In this document: positions 1 through 9,206 of the stretch, one piece after another | Numbering within the stretch: position 1 is the stretch's first letter | How the letters are laid out: each line of letters begins with the position of its first letter | IMG/VR virus record: IMGVR_UViG_3300031730_000004 | Coordinates: 1 to 63,587 of that record | Length of the DNA: 63,587 nt | Source of the DNA: a virus | Reading direction: 5' to 3' (one strand) | Notes under the pieces: generated by a model | Told to the model about the DNA's origin: nothing | The model's input: only the letters and a program-made list of their open reading frames with translations | Database searches by the model: none | Made by a program: the position numbers and the translations under genes

Positions 1-127
1 GGCGTTCGTCTACCCCCACCCGAATGCCATGGGGGAACTCAAGGCCGAGATCCCGACCTACTACGTCAAGGAAGGGCCGATTCGGGCTCTTGTGCTCAGC
101 CGGATGGTCGATTTCACGCTTGAGCAA
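1..127. repeat. Terminal overlap copy 1, identical to 63461-63587; marks a closed circular or terminally redundant genome of 63,460 bp
   Basis: Both window ends read ggcgttcgtctacccccacccgaatgccatggggg...ttcacgcttgagcaa, compared base by base. Confidence 0.95.
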
Positions 128-274
128 CTGTCCGCGCGCGGCGTCTTCAAGGTCGATATCGAGACCAGCGCCGAGCATTCGGCCGGTCGTCTCTGGGAAC
201 TAAAGGGTTTCAAGATGGCCAAGATCGGGTATAGCTTGAAGCTGAAAGCGCTTCCGGAGGTGCGATATGCCTGA
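1..274 (+). CDS. 3' part of the junction-spanning GNAT-like ORF that starts at 63264 (156 aa in the closed genome)
   Basis: The frame opened at ATG 63264 runs through the repeat into 128-274 (471 nt in total, stop TGA 272-274). Track ORF 29..274 is its tail. Confidence 0.5.
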   Translation, partial: AFVYPHPNAMGELKAEIPTYYVKEGPIRALVLSRMVDFTLEQLSARGVFKVDIETSAEHSAGRLWELKGFKMAKIGYSLKLKALPEVRYA

Positions 275-1511
275 CCTGGGAATTGGTGAAGCCCTCGCGG
301 GCCTCGGTTTGGGTGATGCTCTTGGCTTTGGCAGCCTGTTAGGCGGTGCGGCGGAAGCGGCTCCGGCCATTGGTGCGGGGTTGGAAACAGGGATCGGTAC
401 GATCGGCGGTGCCGCGGGCGCAGGTGCCGGCGGTTTGGCCGACATCGTAGGCTCGGGTGCGGGGCTGTTCGGCGGCACTGCTGGTCTTGAGGGCACGGCG
501 CTCGCTGGCGGCGTCGCTGGCGGCATCCCCGAACTGATCGGCGCTGGCGGCGCCACCGCGCTAGGTACCGCGGAAGCGTTCATGGGCGCTCCCGGGGCAT
601 CCGGGTTCGGTTCCGGCGCGGCGGCAAGCCCGACGGCGTTCGGCGGTGCGTCTTCCATTGGCGGCGTCCCGGCCAGCTCCTCGCTCAGCCCGTCCGTGGC
701 GAACGCCAATGCAGGCGCCTCGGTGTTCGATACCGGGGCCAATCCGATCACTGGCGTGAGCGGAACAGGCGCTCCCAGCGCGGCGGTCCCGGGGGGCGGC
801 GGTGCTAGTGCGATCTCGGCTCCTGCCGGGGTTTCCGCGCCGGTCGATCCGACGGCGGCTGGCGCTCCTGCCGCTGGGCAAGCAGCAGGTGCCGCACCAT
901 CCAGTTCGATTTCCGACCTGCTGAAAAGCACGGGATCCGGGGCGCTCAAGTCGCTGACTTCGAACCCGCTCGGCACTGCGCTCGGCGCGGCTGGCCTCGG
1001 CTACAACATCCTGTCAGGACAGAAGCAGTCGGCGAACCAGAAGGCGCTGACGGGCAACGCCCAGCAGGCGACCGCTAATTCCAATCAAATGGTGCAGCAA
1101 GGTGAGGCGCTGCAGAAATACCTGACTGACGGCACCTTGCCGCCGGCCTACCAGCAGCAGGTCGACCAGGCGATTCAGGCGGCCAAGACTACAGCTATTT
1201 CCAATGCAGCGGCACAGGGACAGCCTACTGATCCTAAGCTGAACACGACTCTTGCACAGAATCTTGCTGCTATCGATGCATCCAAACCGAAAATGCAAAC
1301 GGAAGTGGCCTCGCAGCTATTCTCGTCCGGACAGGGTCTGATCAGTTCCGGCATGGGGGCGGCTGGCTTGTCAGGCAACCTCTACCAGACCCTGGTCCAA
1401 AACGACACCCAGCAGGCGGCGAACACCGGCAAGGCGATTGCCACGCTAGCGGCGGCGCTCAACGGCAAGTCGCAGGCGAACCTCAACGGCATCACCATCA
1501 GTCAGGGATAA
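267..1511 (+). CDS. Gly/Ala/Ser-rich low-complexity virion protein, candidate internal/ejection protein
   Basis: 414-aa ORF. The ATG overlaps the upstream stop (ATGCCTGA). The first ~230 aa are G/A/S-rich and the C-terminus is Q/N/A-rich. It sits directly before two very large ORFs, as in podovirus internal-protein modules. Confidence 0.5.
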   Translation: MPDLGIGEALAGLGLGDALGFGSLLGGAAEAAPAIGAGLETGIGTIGGAAGAGAGGLADIVGSGAGLFGGTAGLEGTALAGGVAGGIPELIGAGGATALGTAEAFMGAPGASGFGSGAAASPTAFGGASSIGGVPASSSLSPSVANANAGASVFDTGANPITGVSGTGAPSAAVPGGGGASAISAPAGVSAPVDPTAAGAPAAGQAAGAAPSSSISDLLKSTGSGALKSLTSNPLGTALGAAGLGYNILSGQKQSANQKALTGNAQQATANSNQMVQQGEALQKYLTDGTLPPAYQQQVDQAIQAAKTTAISNAAAQGQPTDPKLNTTLAQNLAAIDASKPKMQTEVASQLFSSGQGLISSGMGAAGLSGNLYQTLVQNDTQQAANTGKAIATLAAALNGKSQANLNGITISQG

Positions 1512-1514
1512 CCG

Positions 1515-3275
1515 ATGGCTGACGTCCAGACCGATGAACCGATCAGGCTGCCCGATCAGGCGGCCGTCGACTCGTGGCGTCGGGGCGTGGATGCGGACCG
1601 CGGCGGTTCGCCTTCGACCCCGATCGCCGATCTCGTCCCGCAAGCGGAGGACTCGTCCGTGGGTGGCCTGGTGTCGAGCCTGACCGACCTGCGACGGAAG
1701 AAGGTGCAGTCCGATACCCGGATGTCCGCCGAGTCCGACGAGCAACAGTCCCGCGACCGAGCAGTGCGCAACCATGCTTTCCAGATGGAGGGCGTGGCCG
1801 CTTCGGAAATGCCCAAGCCCTGGAACGCCGAGGAACAGCACAAGAAGTGGGAGACCAATCCGATCGACGGCTTTGGCTCGATGGGGGGTCTGTTCGCCAT
1901 GGTGGCGTCCGCCTTCACCAAGGCGCCGATGGAAAACGCCATGAACGGGCTGGCCGGCGCGATCAACTCAACGCGCGAGGCCAATGAGCAGGGTTACCAG
2001 CGCGCTTACGACTCGTTCAAGGAGAACGTGAAGCTGGCCGACCAGCGCTTCAAGACCCAGCATGAGCTCTACACTGATGCACTCCAGCTGGGCTCGGCTG
2101 ACGCAGCGGCATCCGATGCCAAGTTCAGGAATGCCGCCGTCAAGTTCGGCGATAGCCAGATGCTGATGCTGGCCGAGCACGGCATGATCAAGGAAATTTA
2201 CGAATTGCAGGCGTCGCGCGCGGCAGCACACGAAGCAATGATGAAGTCGTCGGAAGCGATCGACCTGCATACTGTTCAGAAAGCGGCGGTGGACGCCATC
2301 AAGATGAACCCGCCGCAGACCGGTGATCCCGTCTCGGACAAGATGCAGCTGGCAGCCCAGATTCAGCGCGTCTACGACGGCGGCGGCAAGTATGGCTCGG
2401 CAGAGCAGGAAGCGGTCGGTCGGTACGTTTCTTCGCCTGAGAACATGAAGAAAAGCCCGCAGGAATTCGCGGATGGGCTGGCTAAGGTCCACGAAGAGTT
2501 CAGCACGAAGTACCCGAACACCGTGGGGTATCAGGCTGCGCGTCAAGCCGAGATGGACGCCAACGGCGGCAAGATCGATCCCGCGCGCGACGCGCAATTG
2601 CTTCAAGCGTTTGGGCTCACTGTATCACGCGGCGGTGCGAGCGGTGGATCGTCGCAAAGCTCGCAGGCGCGCAAGACCCGCGCGATCGAGGAGATTGTCG
2701 AGAAGCATAAGGCTGAAGGCAAGCCGATATCGATCGCCGAGGCCGAGCGCGAGTATAACAAGACCGTTCAGATCCCGAGCGCGCATGACGTGCATCAGGA
2801 TGACGTGCAGTACGACAAAGTCGAACGCATGAAGGACGGGATCACCAAGGTCGAAGGGCTATTGGCCAAGCATAAGTTCATCACCGGAGTCGGCGGCATG
2901 CTGACGCGGCCGCTTGAGGCAGTCGCGAACGTTCTCGGATCTAACGAAGCGGATCGCAGACAATTCGAACGTGATGTGCTGGAAATAAAGGAGTGGGGAC
3001 AATCGGCGCTCATGGATCGCAGCGGACGGCCTCTTTCTTCGGAAGCCTCCGAAGCGGGCAAGATATTCGCAGGGCTGAAGCCGGGTGACACGACCGCCAA
3101 CACGCTGCGCGCCTACATGGAGCTGCGTCCAATTCTCGCCAAGTTACAAGAACAAATCAAGGCCCGTGGTCAAGGTCGTGGTCCGGTATCCGGCGGGGGC
3201 GAAACACCGGCGACGCCACCGAAAGAAGAAACCGGTAAAGACGCCCCATGGCTCCGGGATCCGGTGAAACCCTGA
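1515..3275 (+). CDS. Large virion protein (586 aa), candidate internal/ejection protein
   Basis: Long ORF 4 nt after the previous stop. Position and size only; no motif recognised. Confidence 0.45.
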   Translation: MADVQTDEPIRLPDQAAVDSWRRGVDADRGGSPSTPIADLVPQAEDSSVGGLVSSLTDLRRKKVQSDTRMSAESDEQQSRDRAVRNHAFQMEGVAASEMPKPWNAEEQHKKWETNPIDGFGSMGGLFAMVASAFTKAPMENAMNGLAGAINSTREANEQGYQRAYDSFKENVKLADQRFKTQHELYTDALQLGSADAAASDAKFRNAAVKFGDSQMLMLAEHGMIKEIYELQASRAAAHEAMMKSSEAIDLHTVQKAAVDAIKMNPPQTGDPVSDKMQLAAQIQRVYDGGGKYGSAEQEAVGRYVSSPENMKKSPQEFADGLAKVHEEFSTKYPNTVGYQAARQAEMDANGGKIDPARDAQLLQAFGLTVSRGGASGGSSQSSQARKTRAIEEIVEKHKAEGKPISIAEAEREYNKTVQIPSAHDVHQDDVQYDKVERMKDGITKVEGLLAKHKFITGVGGMLTRPLEAVANVLGSNEADRRQFERDVLEIKEWGQSALMDRSGRPLSSEASEAGKIFAGLKPGDTTANTLRAYMELRPILAKLQEQIKARGQGRGPVSGGGETPATPPKEETGKDAPWLRDPVKP

Positions 3276-6200
3276 TGGATGACGGCCTCCCGCCTCTTGA
3301 CAGCGAAAGCATGGCGTCCGGCGATCCCGGCGGTGCGGCTGCGCTCGACCTCGGCGCGCAAACCACGAAGTCCAAGGATCTGCGCAAGGTTGGCTCGGCG
3401 CAGGACTACGAGGCGTTGCCGCACGGTTCTTCCTATCTGGATCCGGAGGGCAAGCAGCGTTTCAAGGCCATTCGCAACAAGGAAGACTGGCTGGCTGTCG
3501 AGGAAGGCGCCGAGTATGCCGATCCGAGCGGCCAGATCCGCACCAAGCCGTTTTATCAGGGCGTCGATTTCAGCGCCCAGGCCCTCTACGACATCGCCCA
3601 TTCCGACAAAGGCCGGAAGATGGCGCTGGAGAAGTTTTATCCCGGCAAGGTCCGCGAGGACCCGTCGGGCGGCTTCTACATCGAGGACGACGGCGGCAAG
3701 CTGCGCAAGCCGGGGCGCGGTCTGAGCGCCGCGACCGGATTTGCTGCGGCTGAGGCGATTCCCGGTGCGCTCGGCGCGCTTGGCAGTGTGATCGGCGGCG
3801 GCGTAGGCACCGTGGCCGAGCCCGGTGGCGGGACGGCCGTTGGCGGGGCTGCGGGGGCCTACGGCGGTGGCTACATGGGTCAGCGCATCAACGACATCTT
3901 TAGCCAGTTGGCCGGTGTGTATGACCCGGAAGGCGGTGAGGCGAACGCCCGGGTAGCCGGCGTGGCCAGTGCTGCCGGTGATGTCGGTGGCCGCGCTTTG
4001 TTCGCCCTTGCCCCGACCTTGAAGGAAGGTGCGCGCGCAGTCGGTAAAGGAGCAGCCAAGACCACTGCCAAGTTCCTTGGAGTAAACCCAGAGAGCCTGG
4101 AAACCGCCTTGCCGATCGCGGAAGCCGGCGAGAAGCCGGGCGGTCCGATGGGCTTGTCCAAGCCCGGCACCGCGGTGTCACCGTCAGCGATCTTCGAGTC
4201 CTCGCCACACCTGACCAACGTTGCCGAGATTTTGCAGCAGAAGTTCGACAAATCAGACACTTACTTGGCGAACGCCGAGAAGTTCATGGACAAGCGCGCC
4301 AAGGAGATCCTGGCCTCTAAGGACATCGGCTCGATCGTCGAGGGCTCGCTGACTCACCCGACCGCCGCGGTGCCGACCGAGAAGGCGGGCATCCTGCTCA
4401 AGGAGAGCGCGCAGGCCAAGGCCGTGCAGCAGTCAGCGGAAGCCGACGCGCGCCTGCAGGCCGAGCTCGCCAACCGGCGGGCAGCGGTGGAGACGAAGCA
4501 CGCCCCCGACATCGAGGCACACCGCGCGCGCAACTCGCAGGTGATCCAGACCGCCGAGCAGGCGAAATCGGCCGCCGATAACCTGGTGCAGGAGGGATTC
4601 CACGCAATCGACAAGCAGGCCGATGACGCGCTCAAGGTCGCCAAGGCCGGCTACAACTCGGGCGACCTCTGGCGTACTGTGGCCAAGAGCTTCGTCGACC
4701 TGCGAGCCTCAATTCAATCGCGCGCGACCAAGATGTACGGCGACGCCGAGACGGCCGCCGGCGGCCTCGTTCCGCCTGGTTCCAATGGCCTCGCGCAGCC
4801 GGCCCAGCAGCTGATTGCGGAATTGCCCGAAGGCTTCGAGTCGCTCCATCCATCGATTGTGCGCAAGCTGCGCGATATTGCGGGCGTCAAAGACGAGAAA
4901 ACCGGCGAGTGGATCAAGGAGCCGGCCGACGCGACGTGGGTGCAGTTGCACAACCTGCGTTCCCAGATCAGGCAGGACATCAAGTGGAACGACCTGACCT
5001 CGGACATCCGCAACGGGACGCTAAAGTTCCTCGACAATAAAATCAATGAGGTGCTTCATCCTGTTGAGGCTGGAGAAGTAGGACACGAAACGATTACCGG
5101 AGCCGCTGTAAAATACAGAGGTAAAATATACACGGGGGTTAATCATCAAGCCGCAGTGGAAGCGGCAGCAAAAGCTAATAATATTCCGATTAAAAAAACC
5201 ATCGATCTCAATACCATGATCGAAGCGGTAGAAGATTCGGAAGGATTCATGACGAGCGCAGGACGCCATGTTGGACGAGAAGAAGCCGCTTCTATCGCTG
5301 CTAAAGCCGAGCAAATCGGTAAACCCATAGATGAAGGACGTCTTCATGCCGGCGCTTTAAAAAAAGGCGCGAGCATACAGAAACCTTCCGCAGGCAGTGG
5401 CATTCAAGAAGCCTCTCGGCTCCTAAAAATGGCCGATGCCTTCTATCGCGAGAACATGGGCCCGCTGAACCAGCAACAACTCAAGGCATTGGTCCGCGCG
5501 CTCGACGTCGGTGGCATCCAGGCCGACCCCAAGGCGTTACTCAAGATCGCGATCCGCGACGGCCAGACCGAGGTTGCCGAGACCATCAAGAAGACGGTCG
5601 GGCCTGAGACGTGGAACGCGCTGCGCGCCGCCGATGTCAAGGAGATGCTGGCACAATCCCAGACACTGGCCGGCGATGGTACCTTCGATGGGGTACCGTT
5701 CGCGCGCCAAGTGCTCGATCGCAAGCGTAACGGCGTGCTCGAGGTGCTTCACGGTAAGGAAGGTGCGGCACGGTTGGAGCAGCAGGCGCGCTACATCGAG
5801 CAGCTGCGTGGCAAGCTCGACGTCAAACCCCGGCCGGGCGATACCGTTAATGACGTCATCCTGCGTGCCCGGTCCGCAGCGGCCGACGCCGAGAACCTCG
5901 CCAAGACCGACCCCCTCAAGGCGCTGTCCAACGAGATGAAGAAGGTCGAGGCGGCCACCCGCCGCGAGTTCAAGGCGAACCAGAAGCCCGACCCGCTGGC
6001 CTTTCTGACCAATTCCACGGTCGGGGCGAACGCGGCGGTCGACAAGCTGCTCGGCGATCCCGACCTGATCGTGGCGGCGTCCCGCGCCTTCCCGGGCGGC
6101 GAGAAGTCGCCTGAGTTCCAGCTGATGCGTCAGGTCTGGACCGAGCGCTTCCTGCGCGAGACCATGGATCCCGGCGAGAAGCTGGCGGCGACGTCTCCCG

Positions 6201-6649
6201 AGATCCAGGCGCTGATGTTTCCGGGCGTCACGCTCGAGGACATGCACATGCTGGCGAAGGAGATGAAGCTCCTGATGTCCGGTGCGACCACGCGTGGCGG
6301 GGGCGGTGATCTCGGCGGCTCGATCATGGCCCAGAGCGCCGTCGAGAACCCCCTTGGACGCGCCTCTGGGCTCGGAAAGCTAGCTGGGCCCGCCAAGGTG
6401 CTGCCCGGCGTCAATTTCGCCGCCCGCGCGGGCCTGACCGCCTACTACAACATGGTCCGGGGCCTGCTGACGTCCCCCTCGACTTTGCGCTGGCTCCGGA
6501 AGGGGTTACAGTCCCGCGACCCTGCCGCCAGGGAGAGCGCCCGCGCCGAGCTGCAGGCGGCCCTCCAGAAGGGCGGGGCCATGGGGGCATCGACCGGAAG
6601 CAGCCTGCATCAGTACTCGCAGCAGCCGGATCAGGGAGTACTTGAGTGA
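3275..6649 (+). CDS. Very large virion protein (1124 aa), candidate ejection/core protein carrying a low-GC inserted domain
   Basis: Longest ORF in the window. ATG 3275 overlaps the upstream stop (TGATG); an alternative in-frame ATG lies at 3248. Gly-rich stretch near aa 170-250 and helical A/E/K-rich regions. Confidence 0.55.
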   Translation: MDDGLPPLDSESMASGDPGGAAALDLGAQTTKSKDLRKVGSAQDYEALPHGSSYLDPEGKQRFKAIRNKEDWLAVEEGAEYADPSGQIRTKPFYQGVDFSAQALYDIAHSDKGRKMALEKFYPGKVREDPSGGFYIEDDGGKLRKPGRGLSAATGFAAAEAIPGALGALGSVIGGGVGTVAEPGGGTAVGGAAGAYGGGYMGQRINDIFSQLAGVYDPEGGEANARVAGVASAAGDVGGRALFALAPTLKEGARAVGKGAAKTTAKFLGVNPESLETALPIAEAGEKPGGPMGLSKPGTAVSPSAIFESSPHLTNVAEILQQKFDKSDTYLANAEKFMDKRAKEILASKDIGSIVEGSLTHPTAAVPTEKAGILLKESAQAKAVQQSAEADARLQAELANRRAAVETKHAPDIEAHRARNSQVIQTAEQAKSAADNLVQEGFHAIDKQADDALKVAKAGYNSGDLWRTVAKSFVDLRASIQSRATKMYGDAETAAGGLVPPGSNGLAQPAQQLIAELPEGFESLHPSIVRKLRDIAGVKDEKTGEWIKEPADATWVQLHNLRSQIRQDIKWNDLTSDIRNGTLKFLDNKINEVLHPVEAGEVGHETITGAAVKYRGKIYTGVNHQAAVEAAAKANNIPIKKTIDLNTMIEAVEDSEGFMTSAGRHVGREEAASIAAKAEQIGKPIDEGRLHAGALKKGASIQKPSAGSGIQEASRLLKMADAFYRENMGPLNQQQLKALVRALDVGGIQADPKALLKIAIRDGQTEVAETIKKTVGPETWNALRAADVKEMLAQSQTLAGDGTFDGVPFARQVLDRKRNGVLEVLHGKEGAARLEQQARYIEQLRGKLDVKPRPGDTVNDVILRARSAAADAENLAKTDPLKALSNEMKKVEAATRREFKANQKPDPLAFLTNSTVGANAAVDKLLGDPDLIVAASRAFPGGEKSPEFQLMRQVWTERFLRETMDPGEKLAATSPEIQALMFPGVTLEDMHMLAKEMKLLMSGATTRGGGGDLGGSIMAQSAVENPLGRASGLGKLAGPAKVLPGVNFAARAGLTAYYNMVRGLLTSPSTLRWLRKGLQSRDPAARESARAELQAALQKGGAMGASTGSSLHQYSQQPDQGVLE
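5021..5430 (+). other. In-frame low-GC insertion inside the 1124-aa virion protein
   Basis: Hand counts give 35-48% GC per 60-nt line at 5041-5220, against more than 60% in the flanks. The reading frame is uninterrupted. Encodes ...AAVKYRGKIYTGVNHQAAVEAAAKANNIPIKK...EDSEGFMTSAGRHVGREEAASIAAKAEQIGKPIDEGRLHAG... Confidence 0.8.
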
Positions 6650-6912
6650 CCGACTTTCTGACCGAGTACGAGGCGTTGGCGACCCAGGTGGCCGAGGAGG
6701 CGCGCATGGCGTCCACCGCGCTCGGCGACCGGATCGACGCGCTCAAGGCCCTGACGCCGTTTTACGTCCAGAAAATGAAGAACATGAAGCCGGTCAACGA
6801 GAGCGACCCTTTCCCCAATTTCGACAGTTTCCAGTCCAGTATCCACGCAACGGAGACCACAGATGGCGATGACGAACCCGGGCTTCGAGGTCGTAGGCGG
6901 AACGGAAACTGA
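6646..6912 (+). CDS. Hypothetical protein (88 aa)
   Basis: GTG start embedded in a GTGA overlap with the upstream stop; acidic C-terminus. Confidence 0.4.
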   Translation: MTDFLTEYEALATQVAEEARMASTALGDRIDALKALTPFYVQKMKNMKPVNESDPFPNFDSFQSSIHATETTDGDDEPGLRGRRRNGN

Positions 6913-7141
6913 GGCGCCGAAGCCCGACAACGGTGCTGCGGTTCGGATGCTCACATTGGCGCTCGCAGCGCTGTCCCAGCGGGCGCTGGTCGCCGTTGCC
7001 GACCTCTTCACTCTTCTGACGGTGGGCTCGGCCTTCTGGCTGTGGAGCTCAATCCCGGCGCCGAACGACCGGCAGATCATAGCACTGTCGATCTATGCGT
7101 GCTTCGTGCTCGCGGCTAACTGGATCGTGAGGAGGAAGTGA
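6863..7141 (+). CDS. Small membrane protein (92 aa, 2-3 predicted TM segments)
   Basis: Hydrophobic runs LTLALAALSQRALVAVADLFTLLTVGSAFWLW and IIALSIYACFVLAANWIV. Confidence 0.45.
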   Translation: MAMTNPGFEVVGGTETEAPKPDNGAAVRMLTLALAALSQRALVAVADLFTLLTVGSAFWLWSSIPAPNDRQIIALSIYACFVLAANWIVRRK

Positions 7142-8766
7142 TGCGACGCTTTTTGAAGAAACTGGCGCTCGGCGTCCTGCTCGCCCTGCCGTGGATCGGT
7201 GCCGCGTGCGCGGCCGAGGTCGATATCTATTGCGTGGTCAATCCCACCGCGCCGCCGTACCAGTGGACGCCTTGCCAGTCCGGCTTTCCGCTTTCAACCG
7301 TCAATATCGGACCGGATTCGCAAGCATCGCTGTCGTTTGCCAACGGCCAGCCGTACAGTCTGCTGGCCGAGGATTTCGGTTCCGGCACGCTCAACACCTC
7401 GACCCGCTGGAACCGGTCGATCACCGGTGGCGGCGGCAACGCCACTGCAGCAACCAACTCCGTAGGCGCGACCACAATCGGTACCGGTACCACCGCGAAC
7501 GGCTGGTCCACCCTCATCAGCCAGCGCACGATCTGGGACCGGAATCCCGGTTACAACTACTTCCAGGAAAACATCAACATCCCGATCCCGACCGTCACGC
7601 ATGCGTACATGCTGTTCGGGTTCGTGGGCTTTCCCTTTACATCAGGCCTGCCGTCGCCCACGCTTGCGACCCCGGCGCAGAACGCTGCGGCATTCGAGAT
7701 CGGCGTTACCGGCAAACTCAGTGCCGTCACGTTCGCTTCCGGCACCCGGCAGCTGATCGCCGATCTGTCGGTCGCGCAGGGGCTGACCCCGGGATCCACT
7801 CAGGTTTCGTCCGGCGTCCCCGGCACCTACACCGGCGGATGCGGCTGCATTCCGCAGATTTCTGCGCCCAAGAGCGCCGGGCTGACCATCACCGACAGCT
7901 ACAAATACGTGATCGTCTTCCGCGGTGACAATATCCTCTGGTACATCGAGCAGCCGACCGGCAACCTCGGTCTGGTCGCCTACACCACGCGCGGCGCGGT
8001 CGGCCTCGACGTCAATCAGGTCACCGTTGGCCACCTTGCCTTGGCCGATGCGACAGGACCGTCGGCAACCGCGACGATGCAGATCAATCAGGTGACGGTC
8101 GGAGACACCGGCAAGAATCCTGAGCCGGGGTTCGATCGGTCGGTCTATCCGCAGCAGACTCTGACCGCCGTCAACGATGCGGTCGGCATCAGCGCCATGG
8201 GCGCGGGTGCGTGCACGTTTACGACCGTGTCCAACACCAACGTCACCCTGGTGTTCGAAGCGACCGATCCGAACGGAACGAACTGGACGGCTGTAACCGG
8301 GTATCCGTGGGGCGGCGGGCCCGGTATTCAGACGGTGCCTTCCGGTACCAACGGGCAATGGACCATCCCCTGCGCAGGGTTCAACCAGGTACGCATGCGG
8401 GTCACTGTAATCGGTGCGACACCGACCGTGACGGCAACTGCGGAAGCAGGGGTTGGCACGCCGGGGACGACGAATGTCGTAGCGGCTGCCGCCGTTGGAA
8501 TCACGCCGACTGACCGCACCATTACCTCGGCAACCGGGTCTTCGCAAACGCTCGCCGCAGCTAACGCTTTCCGGCACTCGCTGACGATCGAGAACACCGG
8601 TAATGCCAACTGCGGGGTCAACCCCACGGGCGGTACCGCGGCGATCGGCGGAGCCGGCACGCTGACCCTCGTTCCAACAGGCTCATACACTCCGCGCATC
8701 CCGTCACTGGCTGCCATCACTGTGATCTGTACGTCCGGGCAATCGATCTATGGGGATGAAAACTGA
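7141..8766 (+). CDS. Tail-fibre-module protein with an N-terminal signal-peptide-like segment
   Basis: GGAGGAAG lies 5 nt before the ATG. N-terminus MRRFLKKLALGVLLALPWIGAACAAE. T/G/S/N-rich beta-type composition. Precedes the recognisable tail fibre. Confidence 0.5.
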   Translation: MRRFLKKLALGVLLALPWIGAACAAEVDIYCVVNPTAPPYQWTPCQSGFPLSTVNIGPDSQASLSFANGQPYSLLAEDFGSGTLNTSTRWNRSITGGGGNATAATNSVGATTIGTGTTANGWSTLISQRTIWDRNPGYNYFQENINIPIPTVTHAYMLFGFVGFPFTSGLPSPTLATPAQNAAAFEIGVTGKLSAVTFASGTRQLIADLSVAQGLTPGSTQVSSGVPGTYTGGCGCIPQISAPKSAGLTITDSYKYVIVFRGDNILWYIEQPTGNLGLVAYTTRGAVGLDVNQVTVGHLALADATGPSATATMQINQVTVGDTGKNPEPGFDRSVYPQQTLTAVNDAVGISAMGAGACTFTTVSNTNVTLVFEATDPNGTNWTAVTGYPWGGGPGIQTVPSGTNGQWTIPCAGFNQVRMRVTVIGATPTVTATAEAGVGTPGTTNVVAAAAVGITPTDRTITSATGSSQTLAAANAFRHSLTIENTGNANCGVNPTGGTAAIGGAGTLTLVPTGSYTPRIPSLAAITVICTSGQSIYGDEN

Positions 8767-9194
8767 TGCGCTATTTTCTCGTTTTCATTCTCGCCCTGTT
8801 TATCTCGAATGCGCAGGCGCAAACCGGGGACGTGTCCAATCCTCCGGGGCAAGGGGCATGGACCACGTACACGCCTACAGCTACTTGCGGCGCAGGAACG
8901 ATCACGACCGACACTGTAGCCGGAAGATTCAAGATCATCGGCAAGACCATCTTCGTGCAAATAAACCTGAGCATTTCTACCTTGGGAACCTGCACAGGAA
9001 ACGTCACTTTCAACTTTCCGACCGGCGGCACCGTCAATGCGACGGGAAGCGAGTACGTGGGGTCGGCGATCAACACCACGACTGGAGCGTCCGTTCCTGT
9101 TTTTGCCTTGACAGGCGTGGGCATCGCCATGTTTTTCGCGGCGGCGCCTACTGCCGTCCAGTATTTCGTGACGATAACCTACGAGACGACGTGA
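8766..9194 (+). CDS. Small tail-fibre-module protein with a signal-peptide-like N-terminus (142 aa)
   Basis: TGATG coupling to the upstream gene. N-terminus MRYFLVFILALFISNAQAQ. Confidence 0.5.
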   Translation: MRYFLVFILALFISNAQAQTGDVSNPPGQGAWTTYTPTATCGAGTITTDTVAGRFKIIGKTIFVQINLSISTLGTCTGNVTFNFPTGGTVNATGSEYVGSAINTTTGASVPVFALTGVGIAMFFAAAPTAVQYFVTITYETT

Positions 9195-9206
9195 GGGACA
9201 ACAGCC

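Noticed and set aside
200-976. 258-aa minus-strand ORF (and 561..881) opposite the Gly/Ala-rich virion gene
   Set aside because: Pro/Ala-rich shadow ORF created by the GC-rich, codon-biased plus-strand gene. It has no RBS and breaks the operon logic.
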